A DNA stretch of 64,000 nucleotides from Patescibacteria group bacterium (GTDB taxonomy: Bacteria > Patescibacteriota > Patescibacteriia > UBA1558 > GWA2-36-10): assembly GCA_041665505.1 (NCBI GenBank), contig JBAYIR010000001.1, positions 147,108-211,107 of the forward strand, read 5' to 3'. Position numbers and translations under genes: made by a program. The notes beneath the pieces were generated by a model. It made no database searches and was not told the origin of the DNA. It was given only the letters and a program-made list of their open reading frames with translations. Below, piece after piece: positions 10,184 to 19,761 of this stretch (positions are counted from its first letter, which is position 1; every line of letters begins with the position of its first letter).

Positions 10184-10864
10184 ATGATAAAATTGATTGA
10201 TTTAAGCAAAGTCTATAATAAAAATGTGCAAGCTTTAAAAAATATAAATTTGCACATTAAACCAGGGGAATTTGTTTCTATTGTTGGACAAAGTGGTTCA
10301 GGAAAATCTACTCTGGTCAAATTAGTTATAGCTGAAGAAAGACCAAATGGGGGTAAAATTATTATTGGGGGCTGGGATATCATCAACATTAAAGATAGAG
10401 AAATCCCTACTCTCAGACGGCAATTAGGGGTTATTTTCCAGGATTTTAAATTATTACCAAAAAAAACTGTTTTTGAAAATGTGTCTTTTGCTATGGAGGC
10501 CTGTGGCTTTAAAGCCTCTGAAATAAAAAAAACATCTTCGCAGATAATTTCTTTGGTTGGCCTCAAAGGTAAAGAAGATCGTTATCCTCATCAATTATCT
10601 GGTGGAGAACAACAAAGAGTAGCTATTGCTAGGAGTCTAGTACACAAACCAAAACTTTTGGTGGCTGACGAGCCAACTGGTAATTTGGATTCTATCAATA
10701 CTAGAGAAATTATGGATTTATTAAAAAAAATAAATAATATGGGTACTACTATAGTGTTGGTAACTCACAATAAAGATGTAGTCAATGGTTTGCATGGTCG
10801 GGTTATCACTTTAGATAATGGCCAAATAATCAGTGATCAGTCACAAGGAAGGTATTTATTATAA
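10184..10864 (+). CDS. ftsE: Cell division ABC ATPase FtsE
   Basis: [31 protein letters not shown]; directly upstream of ftsX. Confidence 0.93.
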   Translation: MIKLIDLSKVYNKNVQALKNINLHIKPGEFVSIVGQSGSGKSTLVKLVIAEERPNGGKIIIGGWDIINIKDREIPTLRRQLGVIFQDFKLLPKKTVFENVSFAMEACGFKASEIKKTSSQIISLVGLKGKEDRYPHQLSGGEQQRVAIARSLVHKPKLLVADEPTGNLDSINTREIMDLLKKINNMGTTIVLVTHNKDVVNGLHGRVITLDNGQIISDQSQGRYLL

Positions 10865-10868
10865 AATT

Positions 10869-11786
10869 ATGATAAATTTATTTAGAGTTTTTAAATTTGC
10901 CTTACAAGGATTTTTTAGAAATTTTTGGTTGTCGGTAGTAACAATAACCATAATGTTGATGGCGGTTTTGTCAGTGACATTGCTGATGTCTATGGACTAT
11001 ATCAAGGAGACTACTATTAAATCTGTAGAAAATCAGATTGATATTTTGGTAGAAATACGGCCAAATATTAGTCGAGAAGAAATAGAGAATTTTGTTTTAG
11101 AATTAGACGATTTGGATGAAGTAGATGATATAGTTATTATCAGCCCAGAGCAGAATAGAGAATTATTTTTACAAAATAATACAGATGAAAAAGTTAAAGA
11201 GGTTTTAAATGTCTATGCAGATAATGAAAATCCTTTTTCATATTCTTTGTCAGTCAAAGCTTATAAGCTCAGCCAATATTCAAACATTTTAAATTTTGTA
11301 AATCAGGAAAAATATTCCAATTTAATAGAAACTAGTGATATTGATACTCATGAAGAAATTATTAATAAGATAAATAGTATAGCGAATTTTTTAAATAAAT
11401 ATAGTTGGTACATTACCGGCATATTTTTATTAATTTCAGTGCTAGTCATTTTTAATACCATTAGAATCAGTATCTATACTCGTCGTGATGAAATCACAAT
11501 TATGAAATTGGTCGGTGCAGGCAATGCCTTTGTGAGGGTGCCATTTATTTTGGAAAGCATATTTTATGCTCTAACCGCTGTACTGATAGTAATAGCTATT
11601 TCTTATCCTTTAGTAAATCTAGTCCAGCCAGTTTTGAATAGCTATTTTCAAGGAGATCAGGTTATTAATTTAGTTAGTTACTTTAATAGTAATTTTGTAG
11701 AAATTTTTGTTTATCAACTTATTGTTTTGGTGGTTTTAAATGTAGTTAGTACCGCTATAGCAGTCAAAAGATATCTAAAAGTTTGA
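10869..11786 (+). CDS. ftsX: Cell division permease FtsX
   Basis: NTIRISIYTRRDEITIMKLVGA...PFILE; four TM helices. Confidence 0.92.
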   Translation: MINLFRVFKFALQGFFRNFWLSVVTITIMLMAVLSVTLLMSMDYIKETTIKSVENQIDILVEIRPNISREEIENFVLELDDLDEVDDIVIISPEQNRELFLQNNTDEKVKEVLNVYADNENPFSYSLSVKAYKLSQYSNILNFVNQEKYSNLIETSDIDTHEEIINKINSIANFLNKYSWYITGIFLLISVLVIFNTIRISIYTRRDEITIMKLVGAGNAFVRVPFILESIFYALTAVLIVIAISYPLVNLVQPVLNSYFQGDQVINLVSYFNSNFVEIFVYQLIVLVVLNVVSTAIAVKRYLKV

Positions 11787-11809
11787 TATATTTATATAAA
11801 TATAGTATC

Positions 11810-11840
11810 AAAAAAGACTGTTTAATAGACAGTCTTTTTT
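11810..11840. terminator. Bidirectional terminator between ftsX and rpmA
   Basis: aaaaaagactgt...acagtctttttt. Confidence 0.8.
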
Positions 11841-11850
11841 AGTAAATTAT

Positions 11851-12129
11851 TTATTCAGGTAGAACATCAATAAATTTTGTTTCTTTGAGCGAACCATCAA
11901 ATTTTAATTTTTTTAATTTTCTAAATTTGATAATACCAGATATTTTAGCAAATAGTGAATCATCCTTAGCTCGGCCTACATTTTTTCCAGCGTGAAATTT
12001 TGTGCCACGTTGACGTACCAAAATAGCACCGGCTTTTGCATGTTGACCAGCAAATAGTTTTACTCCTAGACGTTGACTTTGGGAGTCACGGCCTAAACTT
12101 GTGGAACCGCCCGCTTTCTTATGTGCCAT
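11851..12129 (-). CDS. rpmA: 50S ribosomal protein L27
   Basis: [26 protein letters not shown]. Confidence 0.98.
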   Translation of the reverse strand: MAHKKAGGSTSLGRDSQSQRLGVKLFAGQHAKAGAILVRQRGTKFHAGKNVGRAKDDSLFAKISGIIKFRKLKKLKFDGSLKETKFIDVLPE

Positions 12130-12228
12130 ATTTTTTAATTTATAATATTATAGTTTATTAAATCAGCTTTAGTCCGTTAAATCCCCTAAAAGTAGGTGAC
12201 TTTAAAAGAAAAGCATTTAACGGTGTAA

Positions 12229-12257
12229 ATAATAGCTAAAAAGTCAATATATGTCAA
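12229..12257 (-). promoter_or_regulatory. Putative rpmA promoter
   Basis: TTGACA (12257-12252), 17 bp spacer, TATTAT (12234-12229). Confidence 0.6.
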
Positions 12258-12543
12258 GCCCCGCCCCTTTTTCTCAATTTAATGAGAAAGCAGGCTAAAG
12301 AGGCGAGGAGTGATCATTTATATCAATAAACTTATTGATTTTATGGGATTTAGAACATTTTTAACTGAGTTTTTCGATAGATTAGACGAGGTGGATATTT
12401 AGTGTAGTTTATCTTTTCTGAGTATTTTTTTAGTAAATATTCTTCAAATAATTTTCGATATTTTATTCTAGTTTTTCTATTTATTTTAAACATAATATTT
12501 TTGTTAACGATCTAGAGTTAGCTAATCTAGGCTTGAAAAAATT

Positions 12544-13146
12544 TTATAGAAAAGTTCTCATTATTCCTTTGACTACGCCTTGAATAGCTGGATTTTTGGA
12601 ATAGATGGGTTTCATATTTTTATTAGCTGGCTGTAATCTAATACGGTCTTTTTCTCTATAATATTTTTTTAAAGTGGCATAAGTATTGTCTAATAAAGCT
12701 ACAACCACATCGCCATTTCTAGGATAAAAATTTCTCTCTACTATTACGTAGTCTCCATCAAGAATACCATCTTCTATCATTGATTCACCTTTGACTTTAA
12801 GGACAAAGCTGTTTTCGTCTCGGATCATATTTTGAGGCACAGCAATAGTCTCATGGGTTTCTATAGCTTCAATTGGTTCACCAGCAGTGATAAGGCCAGC
12901 TAGTGGTAATTCTATAGATCTACCAAAGCGATGCTGGCTAATTATTTCTAAAGAACGAGCGGCATTGTGAGAAGAGCTAATCACACCTTTATCTTCTAAA
13001 GCTTTGACATGCTCATGAATGGTAGCAGTGGAGGATAGACCAAAGTGTTCGGCTATTTCTCTATAGCTAGGGGCATATTCGTAACTTTGAATAAATTGAG
13101 TAATAAAATCCAATATTTGTTTTTGCTTCTTTGTTAAGTTTGGCAT
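12544..13146 (-). CDS. lexA: SOS repressor LexA
   Basis: LTKKQKQILDFI..PSYREIA HTH, AG cleavage site (ITAGEP), GESM and TLKK catalytic motifs. Start set at ATG 13146. Confidence 0.96.
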   Translation of the reverse strand: MPNLTKKQKQILDFITQFIQSYEYAPSYREIAEHFGLSSTATIHEHVKALEDKGVISSSHNAARSLEIISQHRFGRSIELPLAGLITAGEPIEAIETHETIAVPQNMIRDENSFVLKVKGESMIEDGILDGDYVIVERNFYPRNGDVVVALLDNTYATLKKYYREKDRIRLQPANKNMKPIYSKNPAIQGVVKGIMRTFL

Positions 13147-13173
13147 ATTTTTTTTCTTATTTCTTATATCTGT

Positions 13174-13203
13174 ATTATATACCGAACAAAAACCGAACGT
13201 CAA
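13174..13203 (-). promoter_or_regulatory. lexA promoter with direct-repeat operator
   Basis: TTGACG, 18 bp spacer, TATAAT; GTTCGG-N5-GTTCGG fills the spacer. Confidence 0.7.
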
Positions 13204-13285
13204 GTATTTTATTGTGGATAAGTAAAAAACATTGCTAAAAATAGATATTATTGTTATCTTTAAGCATAATTTTAAGATTAAATAA

Positions 13286-13975
13286 ATGAGCAACGAATTA
13301 TTATTTATATTTTTTACATTATTTTTATTAAGTTTATCTCTTTTAGCTTTTAGGCTAGGCAAGGCTTATATATTTATTTTAGTAGCTCTCTATAGTCTTT
13401 TGATGAATATATTTGTATTGAAGCAGTTTACTTTATTTGGTTTAGCAGTGACTGGTGGCAATTCACTTTATGGGGCCTTATTTTTGTTGACAGATTTGCT
13501 GTCTGAACATTATAACGAACGTGAAGCTTTTAAAGCAGTTTTGGTAGGATTTGTAACTTCATTTATTTTTGTAGTATCTACTCAAATACTATTGGCTTAT
13601 TCGGTTAATGAATTTGATTTTGCTCAGGCACATTTAGTAGCTTTATTCTCCTTGTCTCCTCGTATATTATTTGCTTCAATGTTGGCTTATATTATTTCCC
13701 AAAGTTTTGATGTCTGGGCTTTTAATAAAATTCGTCGCTTAACTAATAATAGATTTTTATGGCTAAGAAATAATCTCTCTACATTTGTTGCTCAATTTAT
13801 AGATACTATAATTTTTACTGCGCTTGGTCTGACTGCTTTTAGTTTTTTGCCTTTTCCAGGAGTAATAGCTAGTGATTTGTTTTGGCCAGTAGTTATAGCT
13901 ACTTATATAATTAAAGTCTTAGTCGCTTTATTAGACACTCCTTTTTTGTACTGGAGCTACAAGATAAAAAAATAA
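13286..13975 (+). CDS. Queuosine precursor transporter (VUT/YhhQ family)
   Basis: FLLTDLLSEHY, ASMLAYIISQSFDV, WLRNNLST..Q.IDT, DTPF. Confidence 0.92.
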   Translation: MSNELLFIFFTLFLLSLSLLAFRLGKAYIFILVALYSLLMNIFVLKQFTLFGLAVTGGNSLYGALFLLTDLLSEHYNEREAFKAVLVGFVTSFIFVVSTQILLAYSVNEFDFAQAHLVALFSLSPRILFASMLAYIISQSFDVWAFNKIRRLTNNRFLWLRNNLSTFVAQFIDTIIFTALGLTAFSFLPFPGVIASDLFWPVVIATYIIKVLVALLDTPFLYWSYKIKK

Positions 13976-14033
13976 TAATTATTTTATAATCAACTATTTA
14001 TTAGCTTTTGAGATATAATAGTAGATTTTTTTG

Positions 14034-14062
14034 TTGACAAAAAATTTCATAAACTATAAAGT
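14034..14062 (+). promoter_or_regulatory. sigma70 promoter of a GC-rich orphan gene
   Basis: TTGACA, 17 bp spacer, TAAAGT. Confidence 0.6.
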
Positions 14063-14128
14063 ATTTTAGCGTCCCTAGGCTCTTGATTCCTTCCCGCGTG
14101 TGACTCTCACTGAACTGGAGGACTTAGC

Positions 14129-14596
14129 ATGAGCAACATCGTAGGTAGTCCCTTGTTGCAGCGCATTACTGGCTGCTCAACCGACATTGCCACCGCCGCT
14201 CAGCAGGCGGTGGAGAGCCTAATGAAGCATCTTCAAGTTGGCACTTTGGTGCCTGGAAGCTGGAAGCTCTACTGGGCGCCGGAGTACTACAAGGACCCCA
14301 AACTTGAGTACGCTAGTGTCTTTAAGGTAGAGATCATTCTGACCATTCAGGCTCAGGCGGGTAGCCTCCCGCCACAGGACTCGCGGCAGTGGTTCGTAAG
14401 CGAGATCATCGCCTCTGATGATCGTAGCGACAGAGCCATGATGGCCGCCGTGCAGCAGGCTACTGCTGTGATGGTCGAGCACGGCCTCAACGAGAATGAG
14501 TGTCAGAGTCTCATTCTCTGCTACACCAAGGACAACAAGGTCTACTGCTCCTTCTGGCTGTTCTACTACGCCGAGCAGGAAGTGGACTGTCACTGA
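14129..14596 (+). CDS. GC-rich hypothetical protein, possibly tandem dodecin-like repeats
   Basis: SD ggagg, own promoter and terminator. Repeats AAQQAVESLM / AAVQQATAVM. Confidence 0.65.
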   Translation: MSNIVGSPLLQRITGCSTDIATAAQQAVESLMKHLQVGTLVPGSWKLYWAPEYYKDPKLEYASVFKVEIILTIQAQAGSLPPQDSRQWFVSEIIASDDRSDRAMMAAVQQATAVMVEHGLNENECQSLILCYTKDNKVYCSFWLFYYAEQEVDCH

Positions 14597-14622
14597 GTTT
14601 TGATCCCTCAGCGGATCGTTTT

Positions 14623-14657
14623 AGGAGGCAGCACTGCGGTGCTGCCTCCTGCCTTTT
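14623..14657 (+). terminator. Intrinsic terminator
   Basis: aggaggcagcac-tgcg-gtgctgcctcct followed by gcctttt. Confidence 0.8.
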
Positions 14658-14693
14658 ACTTAATTTTAATTATAGTATTTTGTGTTTATTTAG

Positions 14694-14722
14694 TTGACAA
14701 AAAACTTATTTTAGGTTAATTT
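14694..14722 (+). promoter_or_regulatory. sigma70 promoter of a GC-rich two-gene cassette
   Basis: TTGACA, 17 bp spacer, TAATTT. Confidence 0.55.
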
Positions 14723-14778
14723 CTTTGGGCTTAGTGTTATTTCACAGTTGACTAGGACTCCAACGAAAGGATTCGAGC

Positions 14779-15093
14779 ATGTCCAAGCGTATGGTGGTTG
14801 TTCAACACAGCCATGTTATTGGAGTGTGTTCTGGTACCGTCAGAGTTGAGCGTCTGGAAAATGCTCAGACTGGCGTCCGTTTCAGGTTGAAGATTGGCAG
14901 TGAGCGTTCTGTCAGTAGCCCTGACATCGCAGAGCTGACCAGCTGTCTCAAAGACCAGGTCTTTGCTCGCCGTGTGAGCCAGGCTTTTACTATGGAGGCG
15001 CCGACTATTTCTTCTCTTCGACCAATGCTTCCCAAGTTCAAGGTGAAGTTCTTAGCCACGAAGGCTCGCCGTGACGAGGATCTGTTCGATTAA
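14779..15093 (+). CDS. GC-rich hypothetical protein
   Basis: aagga SD-like sequence upstream; 104-aa ORF between the promoter and terminator. Confidence 0.6.
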   Translation: MSKRMVVVQHSHVIGVCSGTVRVERLENAQTGVRFRLKIGSERSVSSPDIAELTSCLKDQVFARRVSQAFTMEAPTISSLRPMLPKFKVKFLATKARRDEDLFD

Positions 15094-15115
15094 ATGTAAA
15101 AAATGGAGGAACTCC

Positions 15116-15343
15116 GTGCCTAAAATCAGCCTGGCCAAGGCTGATCCTATCCGTCAGCAGATACTATTGGTGGTTGAGTCTTGGCCCAAGGCAGAAGGCG
15201 AATGCAAGCCGAGCGCGGTTTGCTGTTTGGTCGCTGAAACTGGTGCGGCTAGCTATGGCGATTGCGCCCAGCAAGTGGCTATCCTTTTGCAACAAGGAGA
15301 ACTGAAAATAGAGCCTCAGCAAAGAGGGCTCTACGTTCCGTGA
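15116..15343 (+). CDS. Small GC-rich protein, possible winged helix
   Basis: ggagga SD before GTG 15116. Pattern IRQQILLVV...VAILLQQGELKI. Confidence 0.55.
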   Translation: MPKISLAKADPIRQQILLVVESWPKAEGECKPSAVCCLVAETGAASYGDCAQQVAILLQQGELKIEPQQRGLYVP

Positions 15344-15344
15344 G

Positions 15345-15379
15345 AGGGGCTTCGGGAAACCGAAGCCCCTTAACTTTTT
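15345..15379 (+). terminator. Intrinsic terminator
   Basis: aggggcttcgg-gaaa-ccgaagcccct followed by taactttt. Confidence 0.8.
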
Positions 15380-16662
15380 TATTGAATAGTTAAATAATAA
15401 TTTTCTTCGGGACTCAGGACAAATAGTCTTTCACCTTTTTTATCAAAGAGATAACTTTTTTTACGAGGGTTGTTGATAAGTTCTATATTATTTCTTTTGT
15501 CTCTACCATCTAATTCAGTCAAAGTAGTGCTATCATTTATTTCTGAGACAAAATAACTACCATTGGGATGCCAAAATACATCAGCTACTATATTAGAGGA
15601 TCTATCAATTAGATTTTGCCAGTCATTTTTATAATTAAAAAGTATTATTTCATGGCCATTGGTCATCAGTAGTCTTTCATCATGCAACTCTACTACCGTA
15701 ATTGGTATAGTAATTAAATCCTTAAAAATATTTTTGATATATAATTTTGAACCCAAAGTAAAGATAAGATAATTATCTTCCACTAGTAATATATCTAAAT
15801 TACCTAAATTGACATTATTTATTACTTGTTTTGTCTCTAGATTACTTTTATTCAGTTGTTCAACAAAATTATTTTTATTCAGAGTATATTGAATGATTAG
15901 CCAATTATCTTTGATAGCAAAATCATTTATAGGGTTTTTAATATTCAAAAGTTCATCAGCTTCACCAGTTGCTTGGTGTTTGTGTCTGTAGAGTTTACTA
16001 TCTTTAAGATAAAGCAAAGTATCGGTGCCATTTTCCCAAACAATTTTTTGTAGACCGATGATGGGTAAAGGGTCTAGTTGTTTTTGATCAATATTAAAGC
16101 TAAAATATTTTGTATCAGCTTGAACTATTATTTGTTGGTTATCTATAGACCAATCAATTAATTCATATTTTTGGTCTAGGGTAGTTATTTCAAAAACCTT
16201 GGCTTGTTCAATATCAGTAATTAATAAGCGTTTCTCATTATCTATAAAAGCATATTTATTTTTATCTTTATTGAGCAAAAATTTTTCACTGCCAGCACTT
16301 AAAATTGTTTTTGGTCTATTGTCTAAAAATAATACAATATCTTCGGCAAAAGTAGTTTCTCCAGAATAAATATCCAGTTCTTTGTTCCAAGTTACATAAT
16401 TATCTTTACTGACTTTTAACTTATGCGTGCCGGGGGGTATATTTACTACTTGAGTGGGAGTTTTGTTTTTATTTTTTTTGTCATTTACAAAAATTTCTGC
16501 ACCACGAGGGAAAGATTTGATATAAAAAGCGCCATTTTTTTTGAGATTACCAGTTTTAAAATCATACCTATAGCCCAAAGAATAGGTCGTTAGTAACGGT
16601 GCTAAAATAAAAAATAGTATAAAAAATATTGAAACAGTAATTTTTCTAAAGATTTTTTCCAT
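15379..16662 (-). CDS. PEGA-domain membrane-anchored protein with beta-propeller-like C-terminus
   Basis: YSLGYR..GAFYIKSFPRGAEIFVN..TP..PGTHKLKVSKDNYVTW. Confidence 0.85.
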   Translation of the reverse strand: MEKIFRKITVSIFFILFFILAPLLTTYSLGYRYDFKTGNLKKNGAFYIKSFPRGAEIFVNDKKNKNKTPTQVVNIPPGTHKLKVSKDNYVTWNKELDIYSGETTFAEDIVLFLDNRPKTILSAGSEKFLLNKDKNKYAFIDNEKRLLITDIEQAKVFEITTLDQKYELIDWSIDNQQIIVQADTKYFSFNIDQKQLDPLPIIGLQKIVWENGTDTLLYLKDSKLYRHKHQATGEADELLNIKNPINDFAIKDNWLIIQYTLNKNNFVEQLNKSNLETKQVINNVNLGNLDILLVEDNYLIFTLGSKLYIKNIFKDLITIPITVVELHDERLLMTNGHEIILFNYKNDWQNLIDRSSNIVADVFWHPNGSYFVSEINDSTTLTELDGRDKRNNIELINNPRKKSYLFDKKGERLFVLSPEENYYLTIQ

Positions 16663-16721
16663 CTTGTTATAAATTCAAATTTAGGGTATTATTTATATTA
16701 ATAATTCAATATTACTATACT

Positions 16722-18026
16722 ATGTCTAGCTTTATTATTCAAGGTGGAAACAGTTTACATGGTTCCATCAAAGTAGCTGGTTCCAAAAATGCCGCTACAC
16801 CAATAATTGCCGCTACTTTGCTCAGCAAAGAGGAAATTATCTTACATAATGTACCATTGATAGAGGACGTCAAAAAGATGCTCCAGATTTTGGTATCCAT
16901 GGGTTCAAAAGTTGTGTGGATGGACAGTAATAGTGTCAAAATTGATAATGCCAATTTAGACCCCAATCAAATGGATATGAAGTTAGTTTCAGCTATGAGG
17001 TCTTCTATTCTTTTGATGGGATCTTTGGTTGGTCGTTTTGGTAGATTAAATACCAAAGAGCCAGGTGGTTGTCAGATTGGTTCACGTTCACTAGATGCCC
17101 ATTTCATAGGTTTCAAAAAACTGGGGATTGATATTTTTAGAGATAAGGATAATGATAAATATTATACTTTAGAAAAAAAACATCCAGCTGAAGAAGAAAT
17201 AAATCTCAGTGAATTTTCTGTGACGGGCACAGAAAATATGATTTTAGCTTCAGTACTCAATCAGGGCAAGGTAAAAATTAATATTGCGGCTGCTGAACCA
17301 TCAGTTCAAGATTTATGTTGGTTTTTGGTTTCTTTGGGAGCGGAGATAGAAGGTATTGGCACTAACTTTTTGACTATTACTGGTGTCAACAAACTGCGTG
17401 GTGGCTCATATTATGTTATGCCTGATCCTATAGAAACGGGTACCTTTATATCTTTAGCGGGAGCTACTAAATCAGAATTTGTCATAGAAAATACAGCTCC
17501 AGAATTTCTGACTTTAGCTATTGAAAAATATAAAGAAGTCGGTCTAAAATTGGATATTGAATATTTGGATTTACAAGCCAACAAAAATTATAAATTAGCT
17601 AATATCAAAGTTAGTGGCAAGGTAGAGCTCAAGGCTATTAAAAAATTGCATGATATGCCTTATCCTGGTTTTGCGGCTGACTTAATCCAACCATTTACGG
17701 TGATGATGACTCAGGCTAAAGGTACATCACTAATTCATGACTGGATGTATGATGGTAGGCTAAAATATGTAGCTGAACTTCAGAAAATGGGAGCGGATAT
17801 AGTGGTTTCTGATCCACATCGTATTGTAGTTATCGGTTCAGCCCCTTTATTTGGTAAAGAAATTACTAGTTTTGATCTGCGAGCTGGAGCAACACTTATT
17901 ATTGCTGCTTTAGCTGCTTCAGGAGAATCTAAAGTTACTAATATTTATCAAGTAGATAGGGGCTATCAGGAATTAGATCTTCGTTTATCAAAAATGGGAG
18001 CTAAAATTAAAAGAGTAGAAGATTAG
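16722..18026 (+). CDS. murA: UDP-N-acetylglucosamine 1-carboxyvinyltransferase
   Basis: GSKNAA, PGGCQIGSR, PYPGFAADL, DLRAGA, DRGY. Confidence 0.97.
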   Translation: MSSFIIQGGNSLHGSIKVAGSKNAATPIIAATLLSKEEIILHNVPLIEDVKKMLQILVSMGSKVVWMDSNSVKIDNANLDPNQMDMKLVSAMRSSILLMGSLVGRFGRLNTKEPGGCQIGSRSLDAHFIGFKKLGIDIFRDKDNDKYYTLEKKHPAEEEINLSEFSVTGTENMILASVLNQGKVKINIAAAEPSVQDLCWFLVSLGAEIEGIGTNFLTITGVNKLRGGSYYVMPDPIETGTFISLAGATKSEFVIENTAPEFLTLAIEKYKEVGLKLDIEYLDLQANKNYKLANIKVSGKVELKAIKKLHDMPYPGFAADLIQPFTVMMTQAKGTSLIHDWMYDGRLKYVAELQKMGADIVVSDPHRIVVIGSAPLFGKEITSFDLRAGATLIIAALAASGESKVTNIYQVDRGYQELDLRLSKMGAKIKRVED

Positions 18027-19295
18027 ATGGATCAGTTTAGTACTAACAATCAGCCAGTAGATAAAAATAAAAAATCTTGGTGGAAAAAAGCAGCTAAATT
18101 TTACGCCAGTATTTTTTTGTTAGCGATATTTTTTGTAATTGGTATAGTAGTAGGCATTCAATATAGTGAACCACAAGATTCTAAACAAGTATTAGATCAA
18201 ACTTCTCAAGAATTAAAAAATATATTTTCTAAACAAGATAATATAGACACAAGTTTGTTTGAAGAGGTTTGGAATGTATTGCACAACGAATATTTGGATA
18301 AAGCTAATATTAATGATCAGGATTTATTTTATGGGGCTATTTCCGGTATGGTAGATGCTTTAGGAGATCCTCATACTATGTTTTTTGATCCAAAATTGAC
18401 TAGAGAATTTACTCAAGAGCTAGAAGGTAGTTTTTCCGGTATTGGGGCAGAAATTGGCTTGCGTGACGGTTATTTGGTGGTTATAGCTGCTTTGGCTGGC
18501 ACTCCAGCTGAGCAGGCTGGGCTCAAATCAGGCGATAGAATTTTAGCGGTTGATGGTAAAGATATGGCTGGCATTAGTTCTAGTGAAGCAGTAACTTATA
18601 TCAGAGGAGAAAGAGGTACAGAAGTAATTTTGACTATACTGCCAAAGAATTCCGAAACATCCAAACAGCTTACTATAGTTAGAGAGAAGATTGATATCCC
18701 TAGTGTGGTTTACAAAACAGAAGATAATATTGCTATTATAGAAATTAGTAATTTCAATGACGATACAGATGAGCGTTTGGCCAAAGTTGCTCAGCAAATA
18801 ATCAATGATAATCCCAGTGGTGTGATTATTGATCTGAGAAATAATCCCGGTGGTTATCTATCTACAGCGGTAGAGGTGGCTAGCTATTGGTTGGAACCAG
18901 AGCAAGTAGTAGTCAGAGAGACTTTTTCTGATAAGCGTAAAGATCAAGATTATAAAGCACTTAAAAGAAATAGTTTAGCACATTTTAAAACAGTGGTATT
19001 GGTCAATGAAGGTTCAGCTTCAGCTTCAGAAATTTTGGCTGGTGCTTTGCAAGATTATAATCTGGCCCAGATTGTCGGTACGACGACTTTTGGTAAAGGC
19101 TCAGTCCAACAATTAATGGATTTAAAAGATAAATCTTCGGTTAAAATAACTGTAGCTAAATGGCTGACACCAAATGGTCGGACTATAGAAGGACAGGGTA
19201 TTGTGCCTGACCACAAGATAGATCTTAGTGTAGAGGATTATGAAAAAGAGTTAGACCCGCAGTTAAACAGAGCCAAAGAATTAATTTTTGAATAA
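18027..19295 (+). CDS. ctpA: C-terminal processing peptidase S41 (PDZ)
   Basis: GIGAEI PDZ, IDLRNNPGG, SASASEI, TFGKGSVQ. Confidence 0.93.
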   Translation: MDQFSTNNQPVDKNKKSWWKKAAKFYASIFLLAIFFVIGIVVGIQYSEPQDSKQVLDQTSQELKNIFSKQDNIDTSLFEEVWNVLHNEYLDKANINDQDLFYGAISGMVDALGDPHTMFFDPKLTREFTQELEGSFSGIGAEIGLRDGYLVVIAALAGTPAEQAGLKSGDRILAVDGKDMAGISSSEAVTYIRGERGTEVILTILPKNSETSKQLTIVREKIDIPSVVYKTEDNIAIIEISNFNDDTDERLAKVAQQIINDNPSGVIIDLRNNPGGYLSTAVEVASYWLEPEQVVVRETFSDKRKDQDYKALKRNSLAHFKTVVLVNEGSASASEILAGALQDYNLAQIVGTTTFGKGSVQQLMDLKDKSSVKITVAKWLTPNGRTIEGQGIVPDHKIDLSVEDYEKELDPQLNRAKELIFE

Positions 19296-19296
19296 T

Positions 19297-19746
19297 ATGA
19301 AAGTAATACTTACTGAAAATATAAAATCATTAGGTAATAAAGGAGACATTAAAGATGTTTCTGATGGCTATGCTATTAATTTTTTAATTCCTCAAGGAAA
19401 AGTAGTATTGGCTAGCCCAGAAAATATAGCTAGTTGGCAGGCAGAAAAAAATAGAGACGTGGCCAAAGTAGAAGCTAGACAAGATGAATACCATAAAATA
19501 ATTCATACTCTAAATAAACAAAGTTTATTTTTTGTGGCCAAAGTATCTGAAAAAAATACTCTCTTTAAGGGAATATCAATTAGTGATATAATAGCCGAGG
19601 TAAAGAATAAATTTAATTTAGATATTTCTGATCATTGGTTTGTTAAAGCTAGCTTACTCAAAGAATTAGGCAGACATAGTGTATTTTTAAGACTACCAAA
19701 CAATCATTTGATTAGCTTTTTTGTTAATATCGGTCCAGCTAAATAA
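19297..19746 (+). CDS. rplI: 50S ribosomal protein L9
   Basis: MKVIL...LGNKGDIKDVSDGYAINFLIPQG. Confidence 0.93.
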   Translation: MKVILTENIKSLGNKGDIKDVSDGYAINFLIPQGKVVLASPENIASWQAEKNRDVAKVEARQDEYHKIIHTLNKQSLFFVAKVSEKNTLFKGISISDIIAEVKNKFNLDISDHWFVKASLLKELGRHSVFLRLPNNHLISFFVNIGPAK

Positions 19747-19761
19747 TATATAAATAATATC

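Noticed and set aside
12290-12540. Possible decayed gene downstream of lexA
   Set aside because: Only a short Lys-rich minus-strand frame with no recognisable motif.
13204-13285. preQ1 riboswitch upstream of the queuosine precursor transporter
   Set aside because: No recognisable preQ1 aptamer in the short AT-rich divergent spacer.
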